From assembly GCA_019828565.1 (NCBI GenBank), contig JAHDYR010000017.1, forward strand, positions 1 to 64,000: 64,000 nucleotides of DNA. Reading direction: 5' to 3'. The notes below the pieces were generated by a model, which was not told the origin of the DNA, did not search any database, and worked only from the letters and a program-made list of their open reading frames with translations. This DNA comes from Carpediemonas membranifera BICM. Taxonomy: Eukaryota; Protista; Fornicata. Of this stretch, positions 59,702 through 64,000 are shown in pieces. How positions within the stretch are numbered: the stretch's first letter is position 1; every line of letters begins with the position of its first letter. The translations under genes were made by a program, and so were the position numbers.

Positions 59702-60430
59702 GTGACAACAGGAATGCACACTATCATGATCCCGCATGTTGCTACAGATGGATCAGAGGAAGAGGAGAACATTACAATGTCTTTAGATGATTACGAGAAA
59801 TTGATGTCTCTGAAAAAGCTCTCTAAGGAGGATAGAGAGCAGTTCCTCGGTGCAGGTGGCAAGAAGGCGGACTCTGAGCATGCAGGCGAAGAACTACTTG
59901 AGAACGGCATCGCTAAGACCGCAGATGGGATCCTTCTTGAGCCACAGAAGTCCCTCATGGGCACCGATGTTGGCCAAGGGGTCATCTCGTCGCACCGAAT
60001 CGACGTCGGTTCTCTGGTCGGTGTCTATGCTGGTGAGGTCATCCATGAGCGCCAGTCAAATGGTAACTACGACTACCTCATCGATGGAACCCAGTTTTGC
60101 GTCAGCGCCAACCCTGAAACAATCGGTGTCCATCGCATCAACGACAACCCGGTCGTGACCAATGTGCAGTGCCATATTGGTCACGTTCTTGTTCGTGTTG
60201 CTGCTGATGAGACGAAACTGCTCCCGCTTCTCTTCTTCGTGTGCGTTCGAACAATTCACCCCTACGAATATTTATCACTCGAGTACGACCATCACTACTG
60301 GGCCCAAGGAGAGTGGGAGCGACTTCCGCTGTTCGTTGTGTCGTTCAAGCGCCTTGCCCAGAACGCATCCCTCCATGGTATATCTTCTGCCCGAGAGACG
60401 GCGCGTCAGTACCTGCGCCTGGCTGAATAG
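59702..60430 (+). CDS. SET-domain protein, array copy
   Basis: IDF to IDV variant. Confidence 0.8.
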   Translation: MTTGMHTIMIPHVATDGSEEEENITMSLDDYEKLMSLKKLSKEDREQFLGAGGKKADSEHAGEELLENGIAKTADGILLEPQKSLMGTDVGQGVISSHRIDVGSLVGVYAGEVIHERQSNGNYDYLIDGTQFCVSANPETIGVHRINDNPVVTNVQCHIGHVLVRVAADETKLLPLLFFVCVRTIHPYEYLSLEYDHHYWAQGEWERLPLFVVSFKRLAQNASLHGISSARETARQYLRLAE

Positions 60431-60906
60431 GTAAACGGACGTCTATAGTATCTATCTTTTGTTCCTTTCTGATGTTGTTTAGTGATTTTGTGCATTAACG
60501 ACCGAGAACAGTGGAGTGCAACGCAGATGTTGGTTATTGATGGTAGATGGCGCGCTTTTTGACGACAGCTGGTTGCTTTTGCAGTATAAAGAACCGCATA
60601 GCTGCCACTAGTTCCTTCCAATAATGCTTTCCCGCCATTTTGAGGTTGGAATGAAATTCCAAGCACCGTGCACTTTATGTAATTGCCCAATATCAACGCC
60701 ACCCCCGCCCCCAGCGCCTCCACGCCCCACGCCAACGCCACCTCCGCCCCCTGGCGCTCAGTTCAGGAGATGTCCGGTCGATAAGCCATAAACTGCACGG
60801 ATCCACAAACGTGGATTGGCCTGAACGACAGCGCTGAGGCCCAAACAGGTGGTGAGACATTAAAAAGACTCATTTGCAATCCATTTAACCACATCACTCT
60901 CTCTGA

Positions 60907-61509
60907 TCATTCATATTTGAAGGTTAGGGCATTAACAACCATGTGATCCTTCGCGCTGGAGTTAAGACGATAAATGATGTAGTAGGTAAACTCTTCTTCA
61001 TCGATCTTCTCGTCAACAAGCGCCTTATACCAAACCATGAACTCATTGGGAACGGTGACCATCACGAAGACAATCTTGCGTTCAATATCAGAGACACGGA
61101 AGGGGAAGTGCTGAGTCGCAAAGTCAGCTAGCGTCCTGCCGCTACAGGAAAGGGCGATCTTGCCCCAATGCAGGAACTCCAAGTGACGCTGCATGACGCT
61201 TGATGCTCGCTCAATGCTCGATACATGCTCGACACCACGAGAGGAAGATGATATTGTTCTCGTGATGCTGTCCGTACCCGAGCACCGCACAACTCCGTCT
61301 CCATAGCTCTCCTGCAGAGCAGCCGTTTTCTCGTTGTAAATCGTCGCCGCGTTCTCTGTAGTTAGCCAGAACATCACAAATCGTTCCACACAGGAATCCT
61401 CGATCATGTTGATGCATTGACTTGCGGTCTCTATCTTACCACGCTTTATAGTGGTGTATAGAGCCGCAAGATGCTCAAATGCGATCCACTGTTGGCTGTC
61501 TGTCGTCAT
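60907..61509 (-). CDS. SET-partner, array copy
   Basis: 200-aa ORF. Confidence 0.75.
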   Translation of the reverse strand: MTTDSQQWIAFEHLAALYTTIKRGKIETASQCINMIEDSCVERFVMFWLTTENAATIYNEKTAALQESYGDGVVRCSGTDSITRTISSSSRGVEHVSSIERASSVMQRHLEFLHWGKIALSCSGRTLADFATQHFPFRVSDIERKIVFVMVTVPNEFMVWYKALVDEKIDEEEFTYYIIYRLNSSAKDHMVVNALTFKYE

Positions 61510-61563
61510 CGTTCAAATCCGATGTGCAGGTTATGGAACAGAGAGCGAGTTTCGCAATTGTGA

Positions 61564-62292
61564 GTGACAACAGGAATGCACACTATCATGATCCCGCATG
61601 TTGCTACAGATGGATCAGAGGAAGAGGAGAACATTACAATGTCTTTAGATGATTACGAGAAATTGATGTCTCTGAAAAAGCTCTCTAAGGAGGATAGAGA
61701 GCAGTTCCTCGGTGCAGGTGGCAAGAAGGCGGACTCTGAGCATGCAGGCGAAGAACTACTTGAGAACGGCATCGCTAAGACCGCAGATGGGATCCTTCTT
61801 GAGCCACAGAAGTCCCTCATGGGCACCGATGTTGGCCAAGGGGTCATCTCGTCGCACCGAATCGACGTCGGTTCTCTGGTCGGTGTCTATGCTGGTGAGG
61901 TCATCCATGAGCGCCAGTCAAATGGTAACTACGACTACCTCATCGATGGAACCCAGTTTTGCGTCAGCGCCAACCCTGAAACAATCGGTGTCCATCGCAT
62001 CAACGACAACCCGGTCGTGACCAATGTGCAGTGCCATATTGGTCACGTTCTTGTTCGTGTTGCTGCTGATGAGACGAAACTGCTCCCGCTTCTCTTCTTC
62101 GTGTGCGTTCGAACAATTCACCCCTACGAATATTTATCACTCGAGTACGACCATCACTACTGGGCCCAAGGAGAGTGGGAGCGACTTCCGCTGTTCGTTG
62201 TGTCGTTCAAGCGCCTTGCCCAGAACGCATCCCTCCATGGTATATCTTCTGCCCGAGAGACGGCGCGTCAGTACCTGCGCCTGGCTGAATAG
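61564..62292 (+). CDS. SET-domain protein, array copy
   Basis: IDV variant. Confidence 0.8.
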   Translation: MTTGMHTIMIPHVATDGSEEEENITMSLDDYEKLMSLKKLSKEDREQFLGAGGKKADSEHAGEELLENGIAKTADGILLEPQKSLMGTDVGQGVISSHRIDVGSLVGVYAGEVIHERQSNGNYDYLIDGTQFCVSANPETIGVHRINDNPVVTNVQCHIGHVLVRVAADETKLLPLLFFVCVRTIHPYEYLSLEYDHHYWAQGEWERLPLFVVSFKRLAQNASLHGISSARETARQYLRLAE

Positions 62293-62769
62293 GTAAACGG
62301 ACGTCTATAGTATCTATCTTTTTGTTCCTTTCTGATGTTGTTTAGTGATTTTTGTGCATTAACGACCGAGAACAGTGGAGTGCAACGCAGATGTTGGTTA
62401 TTGATGGTAGATGGCGCGCTTTTGACGACAGCTGGTTGCTTTTGCAGTATAAAGAACCGCATAGCTGCCACTAGTTCCTTCCAATAATGCTTTCCCGCCA
62501 TTTTGAGGTTGGAATGAAATTCCAAGCACCGTGCACTTTATGTAATTGCCCAATATCAACGCCACCCCCGCCCCCAGCGCCTCCACGCCCCACGCCAACG
62601 CCACCTCCGCCCCCTGGCGCTCAGTTCAGGAGATGTCCGGTCGATAAGCCATAAACTGCACGGATCCACAAACGTGGATTGGCCTGAACGACAGCGCTGA
62701 GGCCCAAACAGGTGGTGAGACATTAAAAAGACTCATTTGCAATCCATTTAACCACATCACTCTCTCTGA

Positions 62770-63356
62770 TCATTCATATTTGAAGGTTAGGGCATTAACA
62801 ACCATGTGATCCTTCGCGCTGGAGTTAAGACGATAAATGATGTAGTAGGTAAACTCTTCTTCATCGATCTTCTCGTCAACAAGCGCCTTATACCAAACCA
62901 TGAACTCATTGGGAACGGTGACCATCACGAAGACAATCTTGCGTTCAATATCAGAGACACGGAAGGGGAAGTGCTGAGTCGCAAAGTCAGCTAGCGTCCT
63001 GCCGCTACAGGAAAGGGCGATCTTGCCCCAATGCAGGAACTCCAAGTGACGCTGCATGACGCTTGATGCTCGCTCAATGCTCCACGAGAGGAAGATGATA
63101 TTGTTCTCGTGATGCTGTCCGTACCCGAGCACCGCACAACTCCGTCTCCATAGCTCTCCTGCAGAGCAGCCGTTTTCTCGTTGTAAATCGTCGCCGCGTT
63201 CTCTGTAGTTAGCCAGAACATCACAAATCGTTCCACACAGGAATCCTCGATCATGTTGATGCATTGACTTGCGGTCTCTATCTTACCACGCTTTATAGTG
63301 GTGTATAGAGCCGCAAGATGCTCAAATGCGATCCACTGTTGGCTGTCTGTCGTCAT
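62770..63356 (-). pseudogene. SET-partner with a 16-bp deletion
   Basis: Same deletion as the 55333 copy. Confidence 0.75.
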
Positions 63357-63410
63357 CGTTCAAATCCGATGTGCAGGTTATGGAACAGAGAGCGAGTTTC
63401 GCAATTGTGA

Positions 63411-64000
63411 GTGACAACAGGAATGCACACTATCATGATCCCGCATGTTGCTACAGATGGATCAGAGGAAGAGGAGAACATTACAATGTCTTTAGATGAT
63501 TACGAGAAATTGATGTCTCTGAAAAAGCTCTCTAAGGAGGATAGAGAGCAGTTCCTCGGTGCAGGTGGCAAGAAGGCGGACTCTGAGCATGCAGGCGAAG
63601 AACTACTTGAGAACGGCATCGCTAAGACCGCAGATGGGATCCTTCTTGAGCCACAGAAGTCCCTCATGGGCACCGATGTTGGCCAAGGGGTCATCTCGTC
63701 GCACCGAATCGACGTCGGTTCTCTGGTCGGTGTCTATGCTGGTGAGGTCATCCATGAGCGCCAGTCAAATGGTAACTACGACTACCTCATCGATGGAACC
63801 CAGTTTTGCGTCAGCGCCAACCCTGAAACAATCGGTGTCCATCGCATCAACGACAACCCGGTCGTGACCAATGTGCAGTGCCATATTGGTCACGTTCTTG
63901 TTCGTGTTGCTGCTGATGAGACGAAACTGCTCCCGCTTCTCTTCTTCGTGTGCGTTCGAACAATTCACCCCTACGAATATTTATCACTCGAGTACGACCA
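63411..64000 (+). CDS. SET-domain protein, cut by window end
   Basis: IDV variant. Confidence 0.78.
   Translation, partial: MTTGMHTIMIPHVATDGSEEEENITMSLDDYEKLMSLKKLSKEDREQFLGAGGKKADSEHAGEELLENGIAKTADGILLEPQKSLMGTDVGQGVISSHRIDVGSLVGVYAGEVIHERQSNGNYDYLIDGTQFCVSANPETIGVHRINDNPVVTNVQCHIGHVLVRVAADETKLLPLLFFVCVRTIHPYEYLSLEYD

Larger units (their letters stand above)
54800..64000. repeat. Tandem array of the block Y + partner + SET cassette (at least 5 units, continues past the window)
   Basis: Palindromes at 55227, 57075, 58939, 60801 and 62664; periods 1848, 1864, 1862 and 1863. Confidence 0.95.

Noticed and set aside
35554-62679. CRISPR array built on the palindromic repeat
   Set aside because: Spacing is irregular or kb-scale, the intervals are genes, no cas-like ORFs are seen, and the context is eukaryotic

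Overview
Eukaryotic (protist-like) repeat locus with tiny 28-29 nt spliceosomal introns, made almost entirely of nested mobile DNA. (1) A family of large cut-and-paste DNA transposons has termini beginning CATGCTG and a divergent CMC/Transib-like DDE transposase (3 paralogs). Element B (12714-23752) has perfect 22-bp TIRs and an AA TSD. Element A (1807-40575) has ~60-bp imperfect TIRs. Cargo includes SET-domain proteins with a conserved divergent partner, PHD fingers, OTU-like proteases, a kinase, a Swt1-like HEPN RNase, a degenerate tyrosine-recombinase-like protein and a PIWI-like fragment. (2) An ~11.3-kb non-LTR retrotransposon (APE-RT-CCHC, (TTC)n tail, 17-bp TSD) is inserted in element A and is itself interrupted by element B. 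Its long ORF1 region encodes a Maelstrom-like DEDD nuclease domain. (3) Cargo genes sit as cassettes between direct repeats carrying the palindrome ATCCAC-N4-GTGGAT (18 copies), and flanks are reshuffled around it. One cassette (SET plus partner) is amplified as a ~1.86-kb tandem array to the window end. Domain calls are by eye from motifs, with no database searches. Many frameshifts lie in homopolymers and may be sequencing errors.
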